From assembly GCA_918797485.1 (NCBI GenBank), contig CAKKNE010000003.1, positions 3,038,001 to 3,102,000 of the forward strand: a stretch of DNA of 64,000 nt, in the 5' to 3' direction. The position numbers were made by a program, and so were the translations under genes. Positions 43,474 through 53,163 of this stretch are shown one piece after another. Source of the DNA: Pelagomonas calceolata (taxonomy: Eukaryota). How positions within the stretch are numbered: position 1 is the first letter of the stretch; every line of letters begins with the position of its first letter. Under the pieces are notes generated by a model, which was not told where the DNA came from, did not search any database, and saw nothing but the letters and a program-made list of their open reading frames with translations.

Positions 43474-44367
43474 ATGCGGTCGCTGTGGGCGGCCCTCCTC
43501 GGCGCCGCGCTCCGGACCGACGCCTTCGAGAGCTGCGCCGAGGCGCGGCGCTACTACAAGGCCGACGCACTCGCGGAGGAGGCGCGCCGCCTGCGCGCCG
43601 GCCGGGCGAACGTGAGCCGCCCGCTCCGGTTCCTGCACGTCCCCAAGAACGCGGGCACGACGATCCAGCGCCTGCTGCCCGACGCGCGCCCGCGGACGAC
43701 CGTGGTCGACGGGCGGACGTGCGGCAAGTGCATAAAGGTCGGCGGCCCGTGCGCCTGCTCGCTCTGGCACGTCCCGCCGCGGTACCTGCCACAACCAAGC
43801 CCCTACGCCGACCACGACACGTTCTGCGTCGCGCGCGACCCCGTCGACCGCGTCCTGAGCCAGTGGCGCATGGAGGGCGCCCACCGGAGCGCGTGCCTCG
43901 TCATGAGGGAGCGGCTCACGCACCGCTGCGGCGCCGCGATGAGCGACTGCCACCTCTGGCCGCAGCACGAGTACGTCTGGGACGCGGCCGGGCGGCGGAC
44001 GTGCGCCCACGTCCTCGCCTTCGACGACCTCTCGGACCAGTTCCGGCGCCTGATGCGCGCGGCGGGCCGGGACGACGTCACGCTGCCGCCCGTAACGTCG
44101 AGGCGGTCGGCGCTGCACCACGGCGCCGCGGCGCCGGAGACGGACCTGAGCGCGAACGTCACGCTCATGATCCGCTGCGCCTACAAACTTGACGAGTGCC
44201 TGCTGCGGGGCCGCGACATTTTCGAGGAGTGCGCGCGCTTGGATTTGACCATTGACGGCTGGACGCGCGCGTGCGACAGAAGCGCGGGACGGAAGCGCCG
44301 GTGCCGCGTCCACTGCCGGAAGCGCGGGACCGCGTCCGCCCGAGAGCGACTCCACAAAATAAGTTAG
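43474..44367 (+). CDS. Sulfotransferase family 2 protein (secretory)
   Basis: Signal peptide, PAPS-binding motifs FLHVPKNAGTTI and RDPVDRVLSQW, and CHLWPQHEY. Confidence 0.88.
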   Translation: MRSLWAALLGAALRTDAFESCAEARRYYKADALAEEARRLRAGRANVSRPLRFLHVPKNAGTTIQRLLPDARPRTTVVDGRTCGKCIKVGGPCACSLWHVPPRYLPQPSPYADHDTFCVARDPVDRVLSQWRMEGAHRSACLVMRERLTHRCGAAMSDCHLWPQHEYVWDAAGRRTCAHVLAFDDLSDQFRRLMRAAGRDDVTLPPVTSRRSALHHGAAAPETDLSANVTLMIRCAYKLDECLLRGRDIFEECARLDLTIDGWTRACDRSAGRKRRCRVHCRKRGTASARERLHKIS

Positions 44368-44377
44368 ACTCAACAGA

Positions 44378-45307
44378 CTAGCAGAGCCGCCGCGGCGAAC
44401 CGTCCGCGCGCGTGGGCGGGTCCTCGAGGAGGCCGTCCACGAAGCGCCGCGCGGCCGCGGGCAGCGCGTCGACCTCGCGCCACCACCGGCGCTGCGCCTC
44501 CAGGAGCGATGCCTGGGCGCAGGCGGCGTCGCGGAGCCCGTGGCGGTGCGAGCACGCCTTGTTCTCGGCGAGGCACGCGCGGCAGCCGCCGCGCCAGGGC
44601 GCGCTCGCCGCGAAGAAGTGGACCGCGTCCGGCGTGGCGTGCTCGAGGCGGTCGCAGCTCTGCGTCACCTTCATGAGCTGCCACTTCTTGTGCAGGTCTG
44701 TCCACGCGCCGTCGAAGACGTGGTTCAGCAGGGGCTGGTCGTGGCCCTCGCACGTTTTCTTGAGAGCGTTCTGGGCGAGCGCGGCCTCGTAGGCGCCGAA
44801 GGTGGACGCGGCGGGCCGGAGGAGGAGCATGCCGCCGTTGAAGCAGCCCGCGCCGTTGCTCAGCGCGCCGATCTCACCCTTCTTGAGCGGGAGCGCCCAG
44901 AGCCCCGCGAGCGATTTTGGGAGGGTCCCGGCGTGGTCCACGAGCATCGTGTCCGCGTCGAGGTATAAGACCTTGTCGTAGGGCAGGCGCCACAGATCCA
45001 ACTTGCGGCCCGGCCACGCCGTCGCCTTGCCCAGGTCGTTGGCCGCGTCTCCGTCGATCCGATGCGTCTTGAACGACGCCGCCTCGGCGACGGCCCAGCC
45101 GCCGGCCCGCAGGGCCGCCCGGGCGTCGCCGGACACGCCGTAGACGAGCGCGGTGCGGCTCCGGCCTGGGTCGACGCGCTTCAGGACGCTGCCCAGGACG
45201 AGCGCGCCCAGGGCCGCGCCGCCGCCGCGGCCGTAGGCCAGCACCGCGTAGGTCTCGTTCTTCGCGGCGGCTAGGGTGCACAGCGTCGCAACCAGTGGTG
45301 TGCGCAT
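44378..45307 (-). CDS. Glycosyltransferase family 8 (glycogenin-like), secretory
   Basis: KLDLWRLPYDKVLYLDADTM, FNGGMLLLRP, HDQPLLN and VHF motifs, plus a signal peptide. Confidence 0.9.
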   Translation of the reverse strand: MRTPLVATLCTLAAAKNETYAVLAYGRGGGAALGALVLGSVLKRVDPGRSRTALVYGVSGDARAALRAGGWAVAEAASFKTHRIDGDAANDLGKATAWPGRKLDLWRLPYDKVLYLDADTMLVDHAGTLPKSLAGLWALPLKKGEIGALSNGAGCFNGGMLLLRPAASTFGAYEAALAQNALKKTCEGHDQPLLNHVFDGAWTDLHKKWQLMKVTQSCDRLEHATPDAVHFFAASAPWRGGCRACLAENKACSHRHGLRDAACAQASLLEAQRRWWREVDALPAAARRFVDGLLEDPPTRADGSPRRLC

Positions 45308-45556
45308 GCTGCGAACGCGTGAGCTTACTCAGTGCAGGGCAGCAGCAGCGGTCCAAAACAAGCTCCAGCTAGAATCGAGAACAGCCATCCTGTTTTACCG
45401 ATGGCTGCCCCAGTGCCCGCGCACTCTTTGCAGCATGAATGTTGGAAGCTCCAAACAGCGTCCTCGCCACGTATTTGGCCCAGAGCAAATGCTCTGCAAA
45501 AATTGCTTGTTAAAATTTTGAGTCAAAACCCGTCCTCGAGTCCTAGAGTTAACGAA

Positions 45557-47065
45557 TTATGCGTCCTCGAGCGACAGGGACGGCGGCAGGCGCCCCGGCC
45601 CCGCCCGCGCGAGCTGCTCCCGGAGCGCCGCGAGCGTGAGCTTGCCCGACCGCCGGAACTCGCCGTTGCCCGCGAGCTCACCCAAGACCTCCTCGGCGTG
45701 CGCCCGCGACCCCATGATCTCCTCGAGATTCTGTAAACTGACGTCGCCCGTGCCGTCGCGGTCCATCGCCCTAAAAACCTCGACCAACCGATCGTCGCGG
45801 ATCGTCCGGTTCCGCGCGAGCATCGCCGCGCTGAACTCGTAGTAGTCGATGAGCTGGTCGCCGTTCACGTCCAGGCTTCTGACTAATTCATCCAATTCCA
45901 GCTCCGTGCCGCCGTGGTGCGTCCTTAACGTTTTTTTCATGTCATTTAACGTCAAAGCGCCGTTCTTCGTCTTCGCGAGGTCCTTCCAGACCAGTGACAG
46001 TTCCGCCGCCTCCTTCTCCGTCAAATGGTGCGCGAGGACGTTCAGGGCGACCTTTCTTAATTTAGTGGCGCCGACGAACTTGCCCAGTCTCTTCGCCATA
46101 TCCACATGGGTACAGAGCGGCTTCGTCGGCGCGTCCTTCGTCAGCCAGGGGTGTTTCAAAGCTTTGGCGGCGGTCATCCTTTTGGACGGGTCGTGCACGA
46201 GGAGCTTCTTGATAAAATCTAAACAGTTTTTGGACACGTCGCCCCAGTCGTCCCGCGGGAAGCTGTGCTTGTTCAGACCCCGTTTTACCGCTCTAAATAT
46301 TTCCGCGTCCGAATCGCCCCCGAACGGCGGGTAGCCGCACAGCAGGATGTACGAGACCACGCCGACACTCCAAAGATCACATTGCGACGTGTACTCCTTC
46401 CTGAGTACTTCGGGAGCGATATAGTACGGCGTGCCCACGCGCGTCCGCAGCGGGTCCGAGATGCCCTGCACACTACAATGCTCCTCCGTCGCCAGCCCGA
46501 AGTCGATGACCTTGAGTCGCTCCAGCTTCGGCGAAATGAACAGGAAGTTCTCGGGCTTGAGGTCACGATGCACGACAGAAGGTTTCTGCGCGTGGCAATA
46601 CGCCAAGGCGTCCAGGATCTGCTTGATCAACTTCGCGGCGTCGCGCTCCGAGTAGTGGCCCTCCTTCGTTTGCGTTTTGGCAATGATCGCGTCGAACAGC
46701 TCCCCGCCCTCGCAGAGCTCGGTAACAATAAAAACATGGTGCGGGTCCTGGAAGACGTCGCGTATCTCGACGATGTTCGGGTGCTTCAGGTTCCTCAAAA
46801 TTGAAATTTCCCGTTCCAACACCTCGGGCCGGTGGATCTTCGCCCTTGGTATAGCCTTGACGGCGCACTTTTCGCCCGTCGCGCGGTTGACGCACTTCCG
46901 CACGACCCCGTAGTGGCCCCGGCCCAGGACCTTCGGGTCGACCGCATAATTATCCTCGAGGGCCCCTGCCGCCGACCGCTTGACACTACTGTCCGCGTCG
47001 TGGGTCCGCCGCACCTTCTTCGTAGGTTCTTTGGTGCTTTCGTCGCGGCTGTGCAGGATGCCCAT
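45557..47065 (-). CDS. Calcium-dependent protein kinase
   Basis: MG N-terminus, LGRGHYG, HRDLKPEN, DFG, GTPYYIAPE, junction domain, and EF-hands DVNGDQLIDYYE and DRDGTGDVSLQN. Confidence 0.95.
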   Translation of the reverse strand: MGILHSRDESTKEPTKKVRRTHDADSSVKRSAAGALEDNYAVDPKVLGRGHYGVVRKCVNRATGEKCAVKAIPRAKIHRPEVLEREISILRNLKHPNIVEIRDVFQDPHHVFIVTELCEGGELFDAIIAKTQTKEGHYSERDAAKLIKQILDALAYCHAQKPSVVHRDLKPENFLFISPKLERLKVIDFGLATEEHCSVQGISDPLRTRVGTPYYIAPEVLRKEYTSQCDLWSVGVVSYILLCGYPPFGGDSDAEIFRAVKRGLNKHSFPRDDWGDVSKNCLDFIKKLLVHDPSKRMTAAKALKHPWLTKDAPTKPLCTHVDMAKRLGKFVGATKLRKVALNVLAHHLTEKEAAELSLVWKDLAKTKNGALTLNDMKKTLRTHHGGTELELDELVRSLDVNGDQLIDYYEFSAAMLARNRTIRDDRLVEVFRAMDRDGTGDVSLQNLEEIMGSRAHAEEVLGELAGNGEFRRSGKLTLAALREQLARAGPGRLPPSLSLEDA

Positions 47066-47414
47066 GGTGCACCTGCAGGATGGGGCAGCCCGGTGGCGAG
47101 CTTGGTTGTGGCCCTGGGCGCGAGGCTGCGCGGACCCGCACGAAGTTCGGACTCCTTCGTCGTCTATAGATCCACGCGGGCACTCGGTCCCCCGGAAACG
47201 AGCTCGTTCGTTCAAAACCCGCTCTCAAGCAAGGTCAGGCATCTCGGCTGTGCTGGTCGCAAATCGCGCCTTCTGGCACGCATTGGTGCAAGGCGAGACA
47301 TCCAGAGCTCGGACTACAGCGCGCGCGAGCGGTGCTCCAACCGCAGCGCCCAAAGCTACCGCTGCGCCGCGGTCGAGGCCCCTGAGTCAAGACAAGGAAA
47401 CTGCTTCATCGATA

Positions 47415-50400
47415 ATGGCTTCGAACGAGTACTATTATGGTTATTGCCGGAGCTGCGAGAAGCCCTGCTGGCGGCGGCGGGCCGTCCAAGAGGACCCGGT
47501 GCACTACGCGATCGTCGAGACGGCGCGGTCGGGCCAGTCCTGCTGCACGCGGGGCTGCGGCGAGCTCATCGCGAAGGGGAGTCTGCGGATCGGCATCCCC
47601 CTCAAGGACTCGCGGGGCTGCGGCGGCGCGATCAGCGCGTGGACGCACGTCGAGTGCACGATGCTCACGCAGCTCCGGGACCCCTCATTAAAGCCGAAGT
47701 TCGACGTCGAGCGGCACGTTTATGGTTTAGACGCGTTGGACGGGGCGTCGCGCGCTTCCGTCGTCGCCGAGTTTAGTAAAGAAGACCGCGAGGCGGACAA
47801 GACCTTGGACCCCGAGGACGAGGCGTTCCTGCCGCAGCGCGCGCTGCCGCGCGTCGCGCCGCCGCCGAACATCGCGCTCCCCCTGTTACCCTACCAGGAG
47901 GAGGGCTTCGGCTGGATGCTGCGGCGCGAGCGCGAATCTAATGGAGGCATCCTCGCCGACGAGATGGGCATGGGCAAGACGCTCCAGTGCGTCTCGCTCA
48001 TGGCGCACGACGCGTGTGAAAGAGCTAAAACCAAGGCGTCGCTGCCCATTACGTTAGCTCAGGACGAAGAGGCCTACGGGTATGCATTACCGGACTCGAC
48101 GCTCGTCGTCGCGCCCTCCTCGGCCTTGTGGCAGTGGAAGGACGAGATCGAGAAGTTCTGGGTCTCGTCCAAGGACGAGAAGGGGCGCCCCCTCGAGGCG
48201 CCGACGGTCGAAGTGTACTACGGGAACCGCAAGCGCGTCACGCCCGAGAGGCTCCAGAAGGCCGACGTCGTGCTGACGTCGTACCCCGTGCTCGAGTATG
48301 AATATAGAAGGGAGCACGCGCGCTGCAAGGTGAAGTGCCCCTGCTGCGCGAAGCTCATGCTGCCGCGGAAGTTGAGGCAACATTTAAAATACATGTGCGG
48401 CCCGTACGCGCGGCGCACGGCCGGCCAGCAGAAGACCGAACGAGCGGCCGGCGACCGGGCCGCGGCTTCTTCGACGAAGAAGAAGAAGAAGAAGCGCAGC
48501 CCCGCCAAGCCCAAGCCGGCCAAGACCGCCCTCAGCTTCTACAAGGCGGCGACGCGCGACGAGGCCAAGGCGGAACTGCCCGACGGCGCCCCGAACAAGG
48601 ACATCGCCGCTTTGCAGACGAAGCAGTGGAAGGCCCTCGACGCGGCCGCGCGGCGGCCCTACGTGTCCCTCGCCGAGACGGACAAGGCGCGCCACGCGCG
48701 CGACGTTAAGACATACGAGGCCCTGCTCAAGGAATTTGAGGCCCAGGCGTCCGACGCCGACGACGAGGCCGCGGCGCCGCCGCCCGCGACGCAGGGCACG
48801 CAGCTCGCGCCGCCGCCGCGCCGCGCCGGCGTGCCGACGCCGCGCGCCATCTACCAGGAGCTCATGGCGTCCGCGGGCCGCGCGGACGAGATCATCCCGC
48901 AGTTCCAGCGCGGCCGCGCCGGGCCCGTGCCGCCGGGCGTGGCCGAGGCCGGCGCGCCGTACCGCGCGCGCGCGGCCGGGCGCGCCGCGGCGCCGCCCGC
49001 GCGCAAGCGGCGCAAGGAGGCGCCGCCGCCGCCCGACGCCGTCCTCGACATCGACGAGGCCTGCGTCGTCTGCGGCCGGCCGACGGTCGACGCCGCGGGC
49101 GCCGCCGAGGCGGGCGTGCTCGTCTGCGACGGCGACCCGACGCACGAGTGCCACCTCCGCTGCGCCGGGCTCGAGAGCGTGCCGCGCGGCACCTGGTTCT
49201 GCCCGCTCTGCCGGGGCCTGGCCGCGAGCGCCGAGGCCGCGGCGGCGCGGCGCGTCACGCCGGACGCCGTGGAGCCGTCGAAGCCGAGCTCGAAGCCGAG
49301 CTCGAAGCCGGCCGCGAAGCCGGCCGCGAAGCCGCGGGCGCGGAGGCCCGCCGCGCCGGCGCCGGCGCCGGCGCCGGCCGCGGAGGCGGCGCCCCCCGCG
49401 CCGCAGCTCGAACTCGGCGAGACCGTCCTGGTGGGTCGCACGGGGCACGTGGCGACGGTCGAGCGGGCGCCAGGCGCCGGCGACGAGGTGCTGGTGCGCT
49501 GGGAGAGCACGGGCCACTGCGAGGAGGTCGCCCTCGCCGACGTGGAGAAGCTCTCCGCGGGCCGCTCGTCGCGCCGGTCCCGGGTCCTGCACGAGCGCGG
49601 CGGCGGCGGCAGCAGCGACGACGACGACGCGCCGCCGCCGCCGCGCAGGCCGTCGCGCGCGGAGCGGGCGCTCGCGGACACACTCACGCCGGGCGCGCGC
49701 GACGGCGCGCCGTCGGCCGTCGGGACCGACCTGACGGCGAGCCGCGCGCGGCGGGCGCGCGCGCCGGCGCCGGCCGCCGCGGCGCCGGCCGACGACGACT
49801 CGGCCTCGCTCGAGTGCAAGCCGCGGAAGCGCAAGTCGGCGGGATCGGACGACGACGCCGACTTCCGTCCCGTCGCGTCGGCGTCGGACGTGTCGTCGAG
49901 CGACGACGACGGCGACGACGCCTCGGACTCCGACGACGCCATGAAGGCGAAGCGGACGAAGGTGACGAAGGTGAAGCGGGCGCCGCCGCCCGCGGCCCTG
50001 GTCGTCGACGTCGACGCCGTCGACGACGAGGCCGCGCGGCTCCGCGCCATCGACGCGCTCGTCGAGCAGGCCATCGCACGGCGCGCCGCCGAGCTCGACG
50101 TTTCAGTGAAGAAGAAGCCCGCCAAGACGAAGAAGCGCAAGTCCAAGAAGGCCGCCGCCGACGACTCGTCGTCGTCCTCGTCGTCGGAGGAGGAGGAAGA
50201 AGAGGCAAAGGACCGCCGCGTCTTCGCCGCGCCCGACTTGGTCAACGACGTGGAAGGCGTGGATCTAGCCGGGTCCTTGCTACATTGTGGTAGGTGGCAG
50301 CGCGTCGTCCTCGACGAGGCCCATCGGATCAAGGGCTTCACGTCGTCGACGGCCAAGGCGGCCTTCGCGCTGCGGGCGGAGCGGCGCTGGGGCCTGACGG

Positions 50401-52160
50401 GCACGCCGCTCCAGAACCGCGTCAAGGAGCTCCAGTCGCTCGTGCGGTTCCTCAAGGTCGACCCGTACGCGTACTACTTCTGTAGTAGGAAGGGCTGCGA
50501 CTGCAAGACGCTGCACTGGGCCTTCGGCGCGCGGGGCGCGCGCTGCGAGCACTGCGACCACCCGCCCATGTCCCACTACAACTGCTTCAACCGCAAGATC
50601 CTGAAACCGATCGAGCAGGCGGGCTACGCCGGGGCCGGAGCGAGGGCGCTGCGGACGCTACGGGGCGATATATTGAACGTGGTCATGTTGCGACGGACCA
50701 AGGCCGAGCGCGCGGCGGACCTGAAGCTGCCGCCGCTCGAGATCCGCGTCGAGGAGCTCACGCTCTCGCCGCCGGAGCAGGACTTTTACAACTGCCTCTA
50801 CAAGAAGACGAAGTCGCGCTTCGACGCCTTCGTGCGGAAGGGCACGGCGATGCACAACTACGCGCACATCTTCGAACTACTGGCGCGGATGCGGCAGTGC
50901 CTCGACCACCCGTACCTGGTCGTCCACGGCAAGGACGCCGAGCATGCGATGGACGCGGCGGCGCCGGGCTTTTATGATTTGTGCGCCTGCTGCAACGCGC
51001 AGATCCAGGACGCGGCGGACTGCGCGGTCGCGGCCTGCCGGCACACGTTCCACCGCGACTGCGCGGCCCAGATCGTCGACGAGGCGAACCAGCGGGGCGA
51101 GGCGCCCGAGTGCCCCACGTGCTTCCAGCCCCTTACGTTACAAGTATCGAGGGTCCACGGCGTCGCCGAGGAGGACGTCGACGACGGCGAGAAGCCCAAG
51201 GCGAAGCCGCGCAAGAAGCAAAAGCAGGCGACCATCGACAAGGGCCTGAAGACGCTGGGGCTGAAGAAGTCCGATCCGTTGCCGGCGCTCGCGCGCGAGA
51301 GTGATAGTGAGGAGGAGGAGGCGTTGGATCTCGAGGCATTACCACAACAAACGCAGGACGAGAATAGGGTGGACGCGGCGACGCGCGACGTCTGCGTCGT
51401 CTGTCTGGACGCGCCGCGCGACACGATGCTATTTAACTGCGGCCACGTCTGCGCCTGTGCTTCGTGTGTTGACCAGCTGAAGAAGCGGGACTTTAGCTGC
51501 CCCGTCTGCCGCGAGCCGATCAAGCGCGTGGCGCGCGTGAATAGCGAGGGCAAGGGCAGTAGGTTAGGGAGGGCCTCGATCTTGCAAAAGATTGATTTGA
51601 GGAAGTGGCGCACGTCGACGAAGGTCGAGGCCTGCTTTAACGCGATTGATAGTGATAGGAAGGCGGACCCGGCGGTCAAGTCCATTATCTTCAGTCAGTA
51701 CCGGACGATGCTGGACCTCATGGAGTGGCGCCTGAGATTAGGAGGGCAGCGCGTCGTCAAGTTAACCGGGGATATGCCGCTCGCGGAGCGCAAGAGCGTC
51801 CTCGCGCGTTTTAAAAGTGATTCGTCGATAGCGGCGATACTACTCTCGCTGAAGGCCGGCGGCGAGGGTTTGAATTTGCAGGAGGCGTCGCGCGTGTATC
51901 TGCTGGAGCCGTGGTGGAACCCGGCCGTCGAGATGCAGGCGATCCAGCGCGCGCACCGCATCGGCCAGTCGAAAAAGGTCGTCGCCACGCGCTTCGTCAC
52001 GACGTCCGCCAATGAGCCGACCATCGAGCAGCAGATGTTCCGCCTCCAGGAGAAGAAGCGCTTGGTTTTCGAGGGCACCGTCGACGGCTCGGCCGCGAGC
52101 TTCTCGAAGCTGACGCTCGAGGACCTCGCCTTCCTGTTCCACCGGGGGTCGCGATCCTAG
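47415..52160 (+). CDS. RAD16: RAD16/RAD5-family SNF2 helicase/E3 ligase with PARP-type zinc finger, HMG box, PHD, Tudor-like segment and two RINGs
   Basis: GGILADEMGMGKT, VLDEAH, GLTGTPLQNR, NYAHIFELLARMRQ, SLKAGGEGLNL and PWWNPAVEMQAIQRAHRIGQ, plus accessory domains (see findings). Confidence 0.88.
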   Translation: MASNEYYYGYCRSCEKPCWRRRAVQEDPVHYAIVETARSGQSCCTRGCGELIAKGSLRIGIPLKDSRGCGGAISAWTHVECTMLTQLRDPSLKPKFDVERHVYGLDALDGASRASVVAEFSKEDREADKTLDPEDEAFLPQRALPRVAPPPNIALPLLPYQEEGFGWMLRRERESNGGILADEMGMGKTLQCVSLMAHDACERAKTKASLPITLAQDEEAYGYALPDSTLVVAPSSALWQWKDEIEKFWVSSKDEKGRPLEAPTVEVYYGNRKRVTPERLQKADVVLTSYPVLEYEYRREHARCKVKCPCCAKLMLPRKLRQHLKYMCGPYARRTAGQQKTERAAGDRAAASSTKKKKKKRSPAKPKPAKTALSFYKAATRDEAKAELPDGAPNKDIAALQTKQWKALDAAARRPYVSLAETDKARHARDVKTYEALLKEFEAQASDADDEAAAPPPATQGTQLAPPPRRAGVPTPRAIYQELMASAGRADEIIPQFQRGRAGPVPPGVAEAGAPYRARAAGRAAAPPARKRRKEAPPPPDAVLDIDEACVVCGRPTVDAAGAAEAGVLVCDGDPTHECHLRCAGLESVPRGTWFCPLCRGLAASAEAAAARRVTPDAVEPSKPSSKPSSKPAAKPAAKPRARRPAAPAPAPAPAAEAAPPAPQLELGETVLVGRTGHVATVERAPGAGDEVLVRWESTGHCEEVALADVEKLSAGRSSRRSRVLHERGGGGSSDDDDAPPPPRRPSRAERALADTLTPGARDGAPSAVGTDLTASRARRARAPAPAAAAPADDDSASLECKPRKRKSAGSDDDADFRPVASASDVSSSDDDGDDASDSDDAMKAKRTKVTKVKRAPPPAALVVDVDAVDDEAARLRAIDALVEQAIARRAAELDVSVKKKPAKTKKRKSKKAAADDSSSSSSSEEEEEEAKDRRVFAAPDLVNDVEGVDLAGSLLHCGRWQRVVLDEAHRIKGFTSSTAKAAFALRAERRWGLTGTPLQNRVKELQSLVRFLKVDPYAYYFCSRKGCDCKTLHWAFGARGARCEHCDHPPMSHYNCFNRKILKPIEQAGYAGAGARALRTLRGDILNVVMLRRTKAERAADLKLPPLEIRVEELTLSPPEQDFYNCLYKKTKSRFDAFVRKGTAMHNYAHIFELLARMRQCLDHPYLVVHGKDAEHAMDAAAPGFYDLCACCNAQIQDAADCAVAACRHTFHRDCAAQIVDEANQRGEAPECPTCFQPLTLQVSRVHGVAEEDVDDGEKPKAKPRKKQKQATIDKGLKTLGLKKSDPLPALARESDSEEEEALDLEALPQQTQDENRVDAATRDVCVVCLDAPRDTMLFNCGHVCACASCVDQLKKRDFSCPVCREPIKRVARVNSEGKGSRLGRASILQKIDLRKWRTSTKVEACFNAIDSDRKADPAVKSIIFSQYRTMLDLMEWRLRLGGQRVVKLTGDMPLAERKSVLARFKSDSSIAAILLSLKAGGEGLNLQEASRVYLLEPWWNPAVEMQAIQRAHRIGQSKKVVATRFVTTSANEPTIEQQMFRLQEKKRLVFEGTVDGSAASFSKLTLEDLAFLFHRGSRS

Positions 52161-52345
52161 GTTGGAGTTGGGGGGGGGCTCTAAGGCTCTGCATGTGATC
52201 TGAGTGGGTATTCTTACGGTGCTATGACTAGTGGACGGGCCCGTGCATGAGATCTGAACGCTCAGGCTAGTTACGTCGCGGGGTCCCCCGTACCCCTCCC
52301 GCTCCCACAGGGCCCACCCGTCCGGACGGGTCCGGCTGAACGCTT

Positions 52346-52369
52346 GCTAGTGTCTTACAGGACGCTAGC
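52346..52369 (+). promoter_or_regulatory. Bipartite upstream motif, copy 8
   Basis: GCTAGTGTCTTAC-agga-CGCTAGC, 157 bp upstream of ATG 52526. Confidence 0.7.
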
Positions 52370-52525
52370 TCTCGGGCTCTCCGGTTGCACTGCGTCCAGC
52401 CCGGCTCAGTCCTCTATCTTGCATTCTAACAGGCCTCTGGACCCGTTGCGCGCGTGCACGCGAACTGCAGCTCTCGCTGCGCCCCGGCATCACAACTTGC
52501 AGACACTGCACACCAAGTGCCAATC

Positions 52526-53158
52526 ATGCCGCGCCGGCGACGAACCGGGATGGTGGTGCTGGCGTGCGGCGCGACGGCGTTCCAGCAGCCACGCGCGCGT
52601 CGCGCCTTAACGCGGCGCGCCGCCGAGGAGCCGGACCTCGCCGAGCTCAAGAGCCTCTTCGAGGCGCAGCCGCGGGCGCCGCGGGCGGACGACGACGCCG
52701 GCGACGGCGACGATGATGATGATGATGGCGACCTCGGGTCGCTCTTCGCGCCGCCGCCCGCGCGCGAGGTGAGCGCGGCCGAGCGCGACGCGTTCGTCGC
52801 GAGCCTCAAGCTCGAGGACATCGTCGACGAGGGGTACGCCCGGGCGCGCGAGACGATCGAGGAGACGGCCGACGCGCAGCGGCGGGACGAGGCCGCGGAG
52901 GTGCGGAAGGCGCTGGACGCGGCCGTCGCCGAGGTCGAGAAGAGCGAGCGCGAGGCCCTGGAGGCGCTCGAGGGCCGCGTGGGGGCGCTCGTGGACAAGG
53001 TCGGGGCGCGGGAGGCGGACTTCGAGAAGGCCGTGCGCGACGCGCGCGCGGCCGCTTCTCAAATGGAGGCGTTCGAGCGCGACGCGGGGACGTACAAGCT
53101 CGCCGCGGGCGGCGCCGCGGTCCTACTGCTGGCGACGACGTTCCTCGCGTCTCAGTAA
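52526..53158 (+). CDS. Hypothetical plastid-targeted coiled-coil protein with a C-terminal TM helix
   Basis: ASAFAP-type leader (VVLACGATA-FQQP), acidic coiled coil and a hydrophobic tail. Confidence 0.75.
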   Translation: MPRRRRTGMVVLACGATAFQQPRARRALTRRAAEEPDLAELKSLFEAQPRAPRADDDAGDGDDDDDDGDLGSLFAPPPAREVSAAERDAFVASLKLEDIVDEGYARARETIEETADAQRRDEAAEVRKALDAAVAEVEKSEREALEALEGRVGALVDKVGAREADFEKAVRDARAAASQMEAFERDAGTYKLAAGGAAVLLLATTFLASQ

Positions 53159-53163
53159 TGATA

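Noticed and set aside
52316..52331. Perfect 16-bp palindrome ACCCGTCCGGACGGGT
   Set aside because: Single occurrence in GC-rich DNA with no supporting context.
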